In this document: positions 18,830-28,277 of the stretch, piece by piece
Layout: each line of letters starts with the position of its first letter
Numbering within the stretch: position 1 is the stretch's first letter
DNA from: an uncultured Nitrososphaerota archaeon
GTDB lineage: Archaea; Thermoproteota; Nitrososphaeria; Nitrososphaerales; Gagatemarchaeaceae
Direction of reading: 5' to 3'
Assembly: GCA_963838925.1 (NCBI GenBank)
Contig: CAWISW010000002.1
Coordinates: 384,001 to 448,000 of the forward strand
DNA: 64,000 bases
The notes under the pieces: model-generated
What the model saw: only the letters and a program-made list of their open reading frames with translations
Database searches by the model: none
Told to the model about the DNA's origin: nothing
Program-made: the position numbers and the translations under genes

Positions 18830-20626
18830 ATGGTCACAACCATGAGGCTAGCGCTGAGCATATCGCTCCTTGGCATTTGCTTCATCCTGCTGTCAGCGGG
18901 AACCGTCCATGCGGCGACAACATCGCCCTCCATCGCGATTTCGTCTTCCGCGGGGTACGTGGGGAGCAAGGTCACAGTCACGGGTGCGGGTTATCCCCCA
19001 AGCGCTACCCTCAACATCGAATGGAACTCGGCGAACGCAAACTGGAACGTCGGGAGCTCTCCTCCTCAGGTTACGGGCACCACGGTAACGCCCGACGAGA
19101 AGGTGCTCGGGTCGACGCAGACCAACTCCTCAGGCGGGTTCAGCGCCCAGATTACGCTGCCGCCTGACTTCGGCATGCAGCACTTCATACAGGCTTATGC
19201 GGCAAACGGCACCGCTTACGCCCCGAAGGCCACGTACACGCTCGAGCCCCAGTTCAGCTTCTCTCCCACGAGCGGACCGGCGGGGACCCCAATCACGGTG
19301 ACCGGGACAGGAATGGGAGACGGGCTCTACTCCACTAACTACCATGTCTCTTGGGATAACAACTACGTTGGTTACGCCACCGCCATCACCACGGGGGGAT
19401 CGACCACCTTCACCATCTACGCGTCCGGCGTGCCAGGCACGCACTATGTCGCCGTCTATCAGGGCTATCCAGGCCCGGGCTACCTGAACGCTGAGCAGAT
19501 CCCGGTTGCGAGCCAGAGCCAGTCGTACTTCCCTCCGGGATGCGTCGTGCTAGTTTCATGCACGATGCCCTACTACGCGAACTTCACCGTGACGGCACCA
19601 GACCCTCCGACTGCAGGAAGCAGTAGTGGGATGGCCATCTCTGGCGCGATAGTCTCGGTCCCTCTTCTGATCACAGCGGCCGCCATTGCGGGGAGCGCCG
19701 TCTTCGTGTCCAGGCAGGACCCTGAGCGCCGAAGGGCTATCTCCAGAAGCATGGCGGCGATCGTGGTGATAGTAGTTCTGGCTGTGGCCGGAGTAGCGTT
19801 GTTCGCCACGGCCTCGCAGGGCGCTTCGACGGTCACCTCTACAGTGACTTCAACGGTTTCGGCTGCGCCCCCGACTACATCAAGCACGTCATCGTCCTCC
19901 TCGCAGATCAGCTTCACGCCGGTCGCCACGACCGACAGGCCGAACATAGTGGTGCCGGTCTACAGCAACGCCACGACGGGCCCTCGCATCAGCGTTACGC
20001 CCACGATTGTCTCGGTGGGCGGCACGATAACCGTGACCGGCGCAGGCTTCACCCCCAACACCCAGCTGCCCCTAACGTGGTCGACTAGACAGGGGAGCAA
20101 CCTGCTTGGCTACAAGCTCGTTGCCCTGCCCCTGAAGAACGTGACCACGGACGGCAATGGGGCGTTCACCTTGACCCAGAAGGTGCACTCGGACGTCGGC
20201 GGGGTGCACTTCATTGCGGCAGGCAACCTGACCGAGAGGTCAAACGGGACAGTCTTCCTCCAGAGGTCGGGGTCCATCAGCGCGACCCAGGGTCCGGCCG
20301 GAACGAAGATAGTGATCTCGTTCGTGGGTGTGGGCTGGGACTACAACACCAACCTCATCAGCGTCGACTATGACAACTCGTATGTAGGATACGGGTGCGG
20401 GTTCAACACAGGTGGCAACACGACTATCACAATATTCGCGGCGGGCGCGCCGGGAGTGCACGACATCGACATCTACCCGTCGATCTGGTGGGGCGCTTCA
20501 GGTCCCACCGCCCAGCAGGTGACGATCTACAGGTACCCGCTCCTGACTCCGCAGGACCATCCAGAGTTGATGCCTTCGTTCCACTTCACGTTCCTTATAA
20601 CGGGCGGGAGCGCGGCGAGCGGTTAG
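18830..20626 (+). CDS. Secreted Ig-like (IPT/TIG-like) repeat protein with central TM hairpin; paralog of 23358..25166
   Basis: Repeated G..ITVTG.GF.P units, SPTSGPAGTPITV, central two hydrophobic helices. Confidence 0.75.
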   Translation: MVTTMRLALSISLLGICFILLSAGTVHAATTSPSIAISSSAGYVGSKVTVTGAGYPPSATLNIEWNSANANWNVGSSPPQVTGTTVTPDEKVLGSTQTNSSGGFSAQITLPPDFGMQHFIQAYAANGTAYAPKATYTLEPQFSFSPTSGPAGTPITVTGTGMGDGLYSTNYHVSWDNNYVGYATAITTGGSTTFTIYASGVPGTHYVAVYQGYPGPGYLNAEQIPVASQSQSYFPPGCVVLVSCTMPYYANFTVTAPDPPTAGSSSGMAISGAIVSVPLLITAAAIAGSAVFVSRQDPERRRAISRSMAAIVVIVVLAVAGVALFATASQGASTVTSTVTSTVSAAPPTTSSTSSSSSQISFTPVATTDRPNIVVPVYSNATTGPRISVTPTIVSVGGTITVTGAGFTPNTQLPLTWSTRQGSNLLGYKLVALPLKNVTTDGNGAFTLTQKVHSDVGGVHFIAAGNLTERSNGTVFLQRSGSISATQGPAGTKIVISFVGVGWDYNTNLISVDYDNSYVGYGCGFNTGGNTTITIFAAGAPGVHDIDIYPSIWWGASGPTAQQVTIYRYPLLTPQDHPELMPSFHFTFLITGGSAASG

Positions 20627-20633
20627 GGGACTG

Positions 20634-21461
20634 GTGACGTCTTTGACTCCAGAGAACGACAAGGACGAAAAGAAGGAGGCCGCCCAGCCGCAGGGGGCGT
20701 CTCCCAACGACCAGAGCATCACCCGCAGGAACCTGCTGAGGGCGGGGCTCACTTTGGGCCTGATCACCATGGTCGCAGGCATCGCCTCCGTGGCGAAGTC
20801 GCTCTTCTCCCCGGCAAACCCGCCCTCGCCGCTGGAGGCGCAGACCACCACTCCCACGGTCACCAAGACCAAGACGGTCACCTCCACGATCACACAGCAA
20901 GGAGGCAACCAGACCGGAACAGCCTCTGCGAGCGCTACCACATCAGAGGAGAGCACCTCGACGTCGACCACGTCGACCACCTCTTCTCCTTTCCCGCAGC
21001 TGATGATAGCCAACATCAGTGACCTCGTCGTGTCCACTCCGATATCGTTCAACTACCCTCTTGAGGAGACACCGAACATCCTGGTGAAGCTCGGGGTGAA
21101 GGCTGAAGGGGGCGTCGGGCCGGACGGAGACATCGTCGCGTACAGCGTGGTGTGTCAGCACCTGGGCTGCATCATGGGCTTCGTCGCGAAAGGAGATGCA
21201 CCCGCTTGCGAGTCTGACTATACGGCAGCCGGACCGATAGGGTACTGCTGCTGCCACGGGAGCGTCTACGACCTCGTAAATGGCGCGAAGGTGACGGACG
21301 GGCCGGCGCCGAGGGCTGTGCCTCAGGTGACCCTCTCAATCGACGACTCTGGGGACATATACGCGGTGGGCATGGGCCCGCCCACGATCTTCGGGCACAC
21401 CAGCGGCTCAAACAACGTCTTGCTTGACCTTCAAGGCGGCACGCTCGTGAGTGGACAATAG
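20634..21461 (+). CDS. Tat-exported Rieske [2Fe-2S] protein (SoxL/AioB-like)
   Basis: ITRRNLL twin-arginine; GGVGPDGDIVAYS; CQHLGC and CCCHGSVYD boxes; GPAPR. Confidence 0.92.
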   Translation: MTSLTPENDKDEKKEAAQPQGASPNDQSITRRNLLRAGLTLGLITMVAGIASVAKSLFSPANPPSPLEAQTTTPTVTKTKTVTSTITQQGGNQTGTASASATTSEESTSTSTTSTTSSPFPQLMIANISDLVVSTPISFNYPLEETPNILVKLGVKAEGGVGPDGDIVAYSVVCQHLGCIMGFVAKGDAPACESDYTAAGPIGYCCCHGSVYDLVNGAKVTDGPAPRAVPQVTLSIDDSGDIYAVGMGPPTIFGHTSGSNNVLLDLQGGTLVSGQ

Positions 21462-21462
21462 A

Positions 21463-23052
21463 ATGACAGAGCAAGAAGCAGAGTCAAGTCAGCAGGAAGA
21501 AGAGAAGAAGAGCTCGAGTCGCTTCCATCCTTCCGAGGAGGCGGCCCCTCACGAACGTCTGCTCGCCAGGACAGTCCACTGGTTCGACGACAGGCTCGGG
21601 CTGTCGTACCAGATGTTCCGGCCCGCGCCGGCTTACTCTGTCAACCCTTTCTACTGGCTAGGCGCCTTGGCGGTGGTCGCCTTCGGAATCCAGGCCGTCA
21701 CCGGGATGATGATGATGATCTACTACATCCCCACTCCCGCGCAGGCATACTCCTCCACCCTCTTCATCTTCGAGAACGTGAGCTACGGCAGGTTCCTCGA
21801 GACGGTCCACCTCTATACCGCTTACGCAATGATAATGCTCGCCTTCATGCACATGATGAGGGGCTACTTCGTCTCGGTCCACAAGAAGCCGCACGAGCTG
21901 ATGTGGATAACCGGAATGATAATGGGATTCGTCACGCTGGGCTTCGGCTTCACCGGATACCTTCTCCCCTGGACGGTCGTCTCCAAGTCCGCCACGGACG
22001 TCGGGATCGGGATGATGGCCGCCCTTCCCCAGCCTCTATCGAACTTCATACAGTTCCTGATCGTAGGCGGGGGGACGGACTCCGGGACGATGCTGAGGTT
22101 CTTCGACCTGCATGTCGTGGTCCTCCCCGCCGTCCTCGTGATCCTTCTCGCCGGGAAGATGTACATGCTCGAGGCGCACGGCGTGTCCGAGCCCGTCACG
22201 GGGCCGGTCCCCGTACCTGAGAAGAAGAGGAGGCTAATCCCGATCTTCCCAGACCTGACGTTCTACCTGCTGGAGCTAGCTGCGCTGTTCGGAGTGGCGA
22301 TCTTCCTCATCTCCGTCGCCTTCCCGCTCAACCTTCCGCCCCAATACACCCCGACACTTGCAGCCCAGTCTACGCCGCAGCCTGACTGGTACTTCCTGTG
22401 GGTCTACCAGGTGCTGAAGATCGCGATCTTCGAGGGCCCCGGGCTCACCGTAGCGCTCACCCTCATATCCCTGGTCTTCATCGGGCTCATCGTACTCCCC
22501 TTCGTGGACAGGGGCACCAACCGCAGGATAGCGTCGAGGAGGAACTTCGTCACGCTCGGGCTGATCTTCGTGGCTGAGGTCGCAGTCCTGACCCTCTGGG
22601 GATACGAGACCCCCGGGAAGATCATCCCCAACGAGCAGGCCGTGCTATACCTCGGCGGGACTGCCCTTCTGGTGGCCCTGGTCTCGGCGGGCATGTACAG
22701 AGTGATCTTCAGAGGGCTGCCAAAGGGGACGACCCAGGCTGGGGGCACGACGACGACCCCCACCGGCGCCCCGTACGCGACGAGAGCGTTCAACAGCGCC
22801 GCGCTGTGGACCGCCTCCAGCTTCGTGGTGCTTCTGACGCTCGGGACGTTCGGCATCGGCGGCGCGCTATCCTCGTCGGTGCAGCTGATAGTGCAGGGCG
22901 CCAGCTTCTCAATCCTCTCGTCACTAGCGGTGTCGCTCGCAGAGCTCTCGATAGCGGTCGCGGGGACTGTCTACCTTCTCTATCGGCTTGACCTGGGCAC
23001 GGGATCGATCAGGCGCAGGGTGAAGGCGTTCGAGGTGGGGTGGAAGTCGTGA
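21463..23052 (+). CDS. Cytochrome b of a Rieske/cyt b complex (SoxN/SoxC-like)
   Basis: H-x13-H in helix B, GFTGYLLPW, RFFDLH, QPDWYF, extra C-terminal TM helices. Confidence 0.92.
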   Translation: MTEQEAESSQQEEEKKSSSRFHPSEEAAPHERLLARTVHWFDDRLGLSYQMFRPAPAYSVNPFYWLGALAVVAFGIQAVTGMMMMIYYIPTPAQAYSSTLFIFENVSYGRFLETVHLYTAYAMIMLAFMHMMRGYFVSVHKKPHELMWITGMIMGFVTLGFGFTGYLLPWTVVSKSATDVGIGMMAALPQPLSNFIQFLIVGGGTDSGTMLRFFDLHVVVLPAVLVILLAGKMYMLEAHGVSEPVTGPVPVPEKKRRLIPIFPDLTFYLLELAALFGVAIFLISVAFPLNLPPQYTPTLAAQSTPQPDWYFLWVYQVLKIAIFEGPGLTVALTLISLVFIGLIVLPFVDRGTNRRIASRRNFVTLGLIFVAEVAVLTLWGYETPGKIIPNEQAVLYLGGTALLVALVSAGMYRVIFRGLPKGTTQAGGTTTTPTGAPYATRAFNSAALWTASSFVVLLTLGTFGIGGALSSSVQLIVQGASFSILSSLAVSLAELSIAVAGTVYLLYRLDLGTGSIRRRVKAFEVGWKS

Positions 23053-23324
23053 CAGAATTGGACGAGCGGATAGGGGTCAGAATCGTGGGGCTGCTCCTCG
23101 TCGTCGCCGCTGCCGCGGTCGTCGGGCTGTGGACCCTCGACACATCGGTCGTGTCGGGCGAGTCCCTCTACGCGATCTACGTCTCGATAGACCTCATCTG
23201 CTTCTCCATGATTGCCTACATCTACAGGAAGACCAAGGTGGGCGACAGCTTCGGCCGCATCCCGATGCTCGCGGGGTGTTTCATGCTTGCCCTTCTTGTG
23301 GTCGCAGGCCTCGCAGTAATCTAG
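23049..23324 (+). CDS. Small 3-TM membrane protein, probable complex subunit
   Basis: GTGA overlap with the cyt b stop; three hydrophobic helices. Confidence 0.7.
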   Translation: MTELDERIGVRIVGLLLVVAAAAVVGLWTLDTSVVSGESLYAIYVSIDLICFSMIAYIYRKTKVGDSFGRIPMLAGCFMLALLVVAGLAVI

Positions 23325-23357
23325 AATCGCTCGCTTAAATCGAGCTCGAGTCGTTGA

Positions 23358-25166
23358 ATGAGCATGGGCATCCCGAGCCGACCTCTCGCAAGAGTAGGCG
23401 TACTGAACATCTCCTTGGTGGCGGCAGCGTCCTTAGCGTGCCTCCTCATGCTTGCAGCCTCGGCGAATGCCGCGAATGCCGCGACCGCCGCTCCCGCGAT
23501 CACCGTCTCGCCTACGGCGGCGATCGTCGGGGCGAGCATCACCGTCAGCGGGACCGGCTTCACGCCCAGCACCAGCCTCACCCTTCAGTGGGCCTCGGTG
23601 AACGCCTCCTGGGTGGTCTCCGGAAACCCGCCTCAAGTCACGGGAATCAAGACCGTACCGATCCAAAGGATGCTGGGCTCCGCGCAGACCAACGCCACGG
23701 GCGCCTTCACGGCTCAGATAACCGTCCCCACCGACTACGGGGCCTCCCACTTCATAGAGGCCTTCCTCACCAACGGGACCGCGCTGCCGCCGAGGGCGAC
23801 CTTCATAGTCGAGCCCTCGTTCACGTTCTCGCCCAAGAGCGGCCCCGCCGGGACGCCCATCAACGTTGTTGCGACCGGACTCGCAGACGGGCTGTATTCG
23901 ACCAGCTACCACCTCTCTTGGGACAACACGTACGTGGGCTACATGACGGCGATGGACTCTTGGGGGGCGACCAACTTCACCTTCTACGCTTCGGGGACTC
24001 CAGGGACCCACTTCATAGACATCTACCAGGGTTACCCCGGGCCGGGTTACCTCAACCCGCAGCAGGGTCCGCCGTCCTCGGAGACGCAGTCTGTCTTCGG
24101 GAGTTACATCCCGTTCCATGCTAACTTCACGATAACGCCGCTTCAGGTCAACCCGATGTCGACCTCGCAGACGAATACATCCACCATGCGCTACAGCGCG
24201 CCCGGCTCCGCAGAGTCCGGGTCCCTCGCCCTTCTTGCGGTGCTCGCAGGAGGCGCGCTCTTCGTCTCGAGGAAGGACCGCGAGCAAAGAGAGGCCATCT
24301 CACGGGTGCTTGTAGCGGTCGTGATCATCGTGCTCGTGGCAGTCGCCGGCGCAGGGCTCTACCTGACCACGGGCTCCGGCTCGACAACTACTAACACCTC
24401 GACATCGTCTTCGACCTCGAGCAGCTCGACCTCGACCTCCGTTACCTCCACCATACCTCAGGTCGGCTTCGTTCCTGTCGCTACGGCTGTGAGGCCGCAG
24501 ATCACGGTCCCGGCGCTGAACGTCGCCACCACAGGCCCGCGCATCACAATATCTCCCACGATAGCCAGCGTGGGGGACAACATCACCGTCAAGGGAGCTG
24601 GCTTCGCGCCGAACGCGTCGCTCCCTCTGACCTGGGCCACCAGGCAGGGCAGCAACCTTCTCGGTTATCAGCTCGTCAACAAGCCTCTGAGGACCGTCAC
24701 CGCGAGCAGCGGCGGCTCGTTCTCGTTCACGATGAAGGTCCCGCCAGACCTGGGAGGGCTCCACTTCATCGCCGCGAGCAACCTCACAGAGCACTCCAAC
24801 GGCACGCTCTTCATCCAGAGGAGCGCCACAATCAGTGCGACCCAAGGACCGCAGGGAACCACCATCCAAGTGATAATGCACGGGGTCGGCTGGGACTTTA
24901 ACACGAACATCGTCGCCGTGGACTATGACAACTCGTACATCGGTTACGCGTGCGGATTCAACAGCGGAGGAAACGTCACAGTCTCGATAGTCGCCAGCGG
25001 AGCGCCGGGGATCCACACGATCGACGTCTATCCGTCGATATGGTGGGGGCCGTCCGTCTTCGCCAACCAGCAGGTCGTCGAGTACAGGTACCCGCTCCTG
25101 ACTCCGCAGGACCATCCAGAGCTGATGCCGTCGTTCCACTTCACGTTCCTGATGACTCCCGGCTAG
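23358..25166 (+). CDS. Secreted Ig-like repeat protein with central TM hairpin; paralog of 18830..20626
   Basis: Colinear similarity including YQGYPGPGYLN, TRQGSNLLGY and YRYPLLTPQDHPELMPSFHFTF. Confidence 0.75.
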   Translation: MSMGIPSRPLARVGVLNISLVAAASLACLLMLAASANAANAATAAPAITVSPTAAIVGASITVSGTGFTPSTSLTLQWASVNASWVVSGNPPQVTGIKTVPIQRMLGSAQTNATGAFTAQITVPTDYGASHFIEAFLTNGTALPPRATFIVEPSFTFSPKSGPAGTPINVVATGLADGLYSTSYHLSWDNTYVGYMTAMDSWGATNFTFYASGTPGTHFIDIYQGYPGPGYLNPQQGPPSSETQSVFGSYIPFHANFTITPLQVNPMSTSQTNTSTMRYSAPGSAESGSLALLAVLAGGALFVSRKDREQREAISRVLVAVVIIVLVAVAGAGLYLTTGSGSTTTNTSTSSSTSSSSTSTSVTSTIPQVGFVPVATAVRPQITVPALNVATTGPRITISPTIASVGDNITVKGAGFAPNASLPLTWATRQGSNLLGYQLVNKPLRTVTASSGGSFSFTMKVPPDLGGLHFIAASNLTEHSNGTLFIQRSATISATQGPQGTTIQVIMHGVGWDFNTNIVAVDYDNSYIGYACGFNSGGNVTVSIVASGAPGIHTIDVYPSIWWGPSVFANQQVVEYRYPLLTPQDHPELMPSFHFTFLMTPG

Positions 25167-25295
25167 GCTCAACAGCGGTCTGCCGGTTGGGAGCCCTGCC
25201 AAGGCGGGGCGCCATGGGGCTGCTCTCCCCGGCCGAACGCGAGACTCAGTCCCTGTCTCGATTTGACTTGGGACCGGTCACTGCCAGAGCTGTAA

Positions 25296-26282
25296 TCAGG
25301 CCGTGACGATTATCGTCGCGTTACCGGCTGACGTGTGAAGGGTGTCCATGTAGGTGTAGGTTCCTGGCGTGGTGAGTGTGATGCTCCAGATGCTGTAGGA
25401 GTTGATTGCGGGGGACGTCGTGCTAATTACCGAAGTGAACATTAAGGTCTTTGCCCCGCTGTCGTACACTCCGCACCAAGTGTGCGGAGGGTCAGCGTTG
25501 TAGAAGTACACGGTCGAGCCCGACTTCACGGTCAGACTGGTGGGGCTGAACTCGAAGCTCTGCAGGTACACGAGGTTCTGGACGACGCGGACCGGAAGGG
25601 GCACCGACGCCGAGAACGTTCCAGAGGTGGCCGCGACCGAGACCGTGAAGTTGCCGGGAGTCGCGGAGGCGCTCGCGAACACAGTGACCGCCTCTGCTGC
25701 AGGGAAGCCCGCCGAAAGCTTCACCGAGCTCGGGGAGATCTTCACAGTGAGGCCGTTGGACGCCGTGGCGTTGAATGTGACCGTTTCGCTCCCCGTCGCA
25801 CTTGAGGACGGGTTGAGCGTGAGCGAGATGTAGCTTGCATTGTTGCCTGGCGAGACGACCACAGAGGGCGCGTTGGCGACCATGGAGAACACGAAGGCTG
25901 GCGCGGTCGCCGTCGAGGAGGCTGACGACGTGCTGCTCGAGGTGCTGGTCGAACTACTGCTCGAGCTGCTGCTCGAGGACGTCGTGGTCGTGGTCGACGA
26001 GGTCGTAGAAGTGCTGCTTGTCGTGCTAGACGTCGAGGAAGTCGCTGAGGTTGTGCTTGGACTAGTGCTCGTCGTCGTGCTAGTGGTCGTAGTGGAGCTC
26101 GAGCTGGGCGTGGTGGTGCTCGATGTCGACGTCGTCGTCTGGGTGGTCGACGGGCTCGTCGAGCTCGTGCTGGAGCTGGACGACAGAGCCAGGTAGGCTC
26201 CCGCCCCAACCACGATCACTATCACGACTACCGCAATTGCAATGACAGAAGTGCTGACGCCCCGTCTGGCCCTAAAATTCAT
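25296..26282 (-). CDS. Surface protein: class III-like signal peptide, Ser/Thr stalk, Ig-like + degenerate cupredoxin domain
   Basis: MNFRARRG|VS + hydrophobic run; FSPTSLTVKSGSTVYFYN; C-terminal half aligns with 16087..17127; TATA-like TTTAAG about 25 nt upstream of ATG 26282. Confidence 0.75.
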   Translation of the reverse strand: MNFRARRGVSTSVIAIAVVVIVIVVGAGAYLALSSSSSTSSTSPSTTQTTTSTSSTTTPSSSSTTTTSTTTSTSPSTTSATSSTSSTTSSTSTTSSTTTTTSSSSSSSSSSTSTSSSTSSASSTATAPAFVFSMVANAPSVVVSPGNNASYISLTLNPSSSATGSETVTFNATASNGLTVKISPSSVKLSAGFPAAEAVTVFASASATPGNFTVSVAATSGTFSASVPLPVRVVQNLVYLQSFEFSPTSLTVKSGSTVYFYNADPPHTWCGVYDSGAKTLMFTSVISTTSPAINSYSIWSITLTTPGTYTYMDTLHTSAGNATIIVTA

Positions 26283-26370
26283 CAAAAACATTCCATTTTC
26301 CTCCATCTTAAACGTTCTTCACTAAGGATTCTGTTAACTGATTTGCACGGTAAGGTTCGGAATTTCTTCA

Positions 26371-27323
26371 ATGACTATTCTGACTATAAGGCCTTCAATC
26401 TCAGTCACCCAATCGATAAATATGAAGGTCACCAAACGATGCCTGTTGGTCGCGCCTTTCAGCAGGAGGGCTCAATGGTGGCCCCTGATTGTAATGGGGC
26501 TCTTTTCTCTGATACTCTATTGGGGTCAGTTTCGGACGTTTCTGGGTCTCAACGCGCCGACGCTGAGCGAATTGGCCAACCTTGCGAATTTGCTTATCGT
26601 AGGGTTGATTTTTGTGGAGGCTTGGCCTTTTTTAGGCATCCACGGCTCCATCTCCGTAAGAGACAACTAGAGTATCATCGTCATCCGATTATCTACAAGC
26701 TTCCATTCATGACTCAGGAAGCTTATGATAACCCCGTTCTAGAGATATTCGCGGAAGTTCTCAATTTCAGCGGGTTTCTGCCAATAGTGCGAGCCACCGA
26801 CTGTCATGCACAAGTCATGTTCTTGGGGACGCAGAAGAACAAAGTCATAACCGCCCTTGACGACCGAATATGGGACAACGGGAAATCTTCGTTAACAATG
26901 CACACTGGCTTGCACCCAAGGTCAGTGAGGCTTTTCGCTTTGGACACCATGAGCCACATCATTGTCGAGAAGCGAGACGATGAAGATGGCGAGATTACTC
27001 CGGCGATCTTGCCAAACGGGGAATATCGGATGATTATTGTGCTTGATGCAGAGGACACTATGTCTACTGAGCAAGAGCTGGGAACCTTCAATTTTCCCGA
27101 CTCGTTCCTTGCTGAGGCTCAAGCTGAGACTTCATCTTACGATGTGTGGAAAGGAAGAGTGAGTGACACTGGCTATGCCATCTTCATAGAGAGAACTAGG
27201 GAAGGAAAGAACATAGCAAACGTGGTTGGTAAAGTTCCGGACAAGCGGTTAGCCGAACTGAAGTCAAAGGAATTGAAGGGTTTCGAGGTTAGGACATTGT
27301 GGCCCGCGCCTCCGTCATCGTAA
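26371..27323 (+). CDS. Passenger hypothetical membrane protein split across two frames (-1 shift at about 26628-26634)
   Basis: Frame of 26371 gives two TM helices ending WPF; the -1 frame continues FRHPRLHLRK... to 27323; T TTT TTA at the junction; start uncertain. Confidence 0.5.
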
Positions 27324-27370
27324 TATCCATATGGATATAGACTTAAGTAGTGGCATATCCATAGGGATAT
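27323..27370 (+). promoter_or_regulatory. Transposase promoter with two 16-bp palindromic operators
   Basis: ATATCCATATGGATAT (27323-27338) and ATATCCATAGGGATAT (27355-27370) flank TATA-like CTTAAGTA (27342-27349). Confidence 0.65.
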
Positions 27371-28277
27371 GCGTCGAATCATGCCTTGCAAATACTGCCT
27401 CTCGCAATGCGTCAAGCCTAACGGCTCGATGAAGGGAAAGAAGACGCTAAAGTGCATGGATTGCGGTAAGAGATTCACGGAGAGCGAAAGCCTTCCGAAA
27501 ATGAGGGTGAACAAGCACGCCATAGTCACGGCCCTCTCGATGTATTTCGAAGGCCTCTCTACGCGCAAGGTCTCTCGCCAGCTAGAGTCGATATTCGGAG
27601 AGAAGGTTTCGCAGGTCACGATTTGGAAATGGGTGAGGAAGTATTCGGTTCTAGTCAGCGCCTACACGAAGACGCTCTCGCCCCAAATCGGCGGAAGGTG
27701 GCACCACGACGAGACCGTGATACGATGCGAGGCTCAGAACCAATGGTTCTGGGAGATGCTAGACGAAGACACGCGCTTTATAGTCGCGTCGCACCTTTCA
27801 GAGACTAGGACGCTCAAGGACACAATCACCCAATTCAGGAAGGGGCTTGAGACGGCCAAACACAAGCCGACCGTCCTGTATGTCGATGGCTCGAACCAAT
27901 ACGACCAAGCCTTCAACACGGTCTTCTATTCGAGATACAAGGTAGCAAGGCCTGAACTAGTGAAGAACATCGGCATACGCTCCCGCGAGACAAACAACAT
28001 CATAGAGCGACTGCATGAGACCGTGAAGGAGCGCACCCGACCGATGCGCGGGTTCAAGAACCAAGACTCGGCCCGAGCGATCTTGGAGGGATATGTGGTG
28101 AATTACAATTTCGCAAGGCCTCACCTGTCCTTGAAGGGGAAGACTCCCGCACAACAGGCGGGAATCGAGGTGAAGGGATGGAAGCAATTGGTAGAAAACG
28201 CCATAAAGAAGGAGGCCTTGAACCCACAAAGTCAGGAGGGAGAGCGAATCACAATCGCTCCTTTGCAGGTGGTATGA
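27369..28277 (+). CDS. IS6-family DDE transposase with N-terminal Zn finger
   Basis: CKYC...CMDC; YFEGLSTRKV HTH; WHHDET, VDGS, NNIIERLH catalytic D-D-E; RPMRGFKN; YNFARPH. Confidence 0.92.
   Translation: MRRIMPCKYCLSQCVKPNGSMKGKKTLKCMDCGKRFTESESLPKMRVNKHAIVTALSMYFEGLSTRKVSRQLESIFGEKVSQVTIWKWVRKYSVLVSAYTKTLSPQIGGRWHHDETVIRCEAQNQWFWEMLDEDTRFIVASHLSETRTLKDTITQFRKGLETAKHKPTVLYVDGSNQYDQAFNTVFYSRYKVARPELVKNIGIRSRETNNIIERLHETVKERTRPMRGFKNQDSARAILEGYVVNYNFARPHLSLKGKTPAQQAGIEVKGWKQLVENAIKKEALNPQSQEGERITIAPLQVV

Noticed and set aside
20634-21461. Arsenite oxidase (AioB) call for the Rieske protein
   Set aside because: GGVGPDGDIVAYS resembles AioB, but no molybdopterin large subunit is adjacent and the next gene is cytochrome b
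25900-26190. Repetitive DNA here and at about 43520-43860 as CRISPR or tandem repeat
   Set aside because: Imperfect Ser/Thr codon runs inside surface-protein stalks; no constant repeat-spacer period
26343-26630. N-terminal part of the 326-aa ORF 26343..27323
   Set aside because: It starts inside the left inverted repeat and looks non-protein-like; the overlapping frame with two TM helices is more plausible
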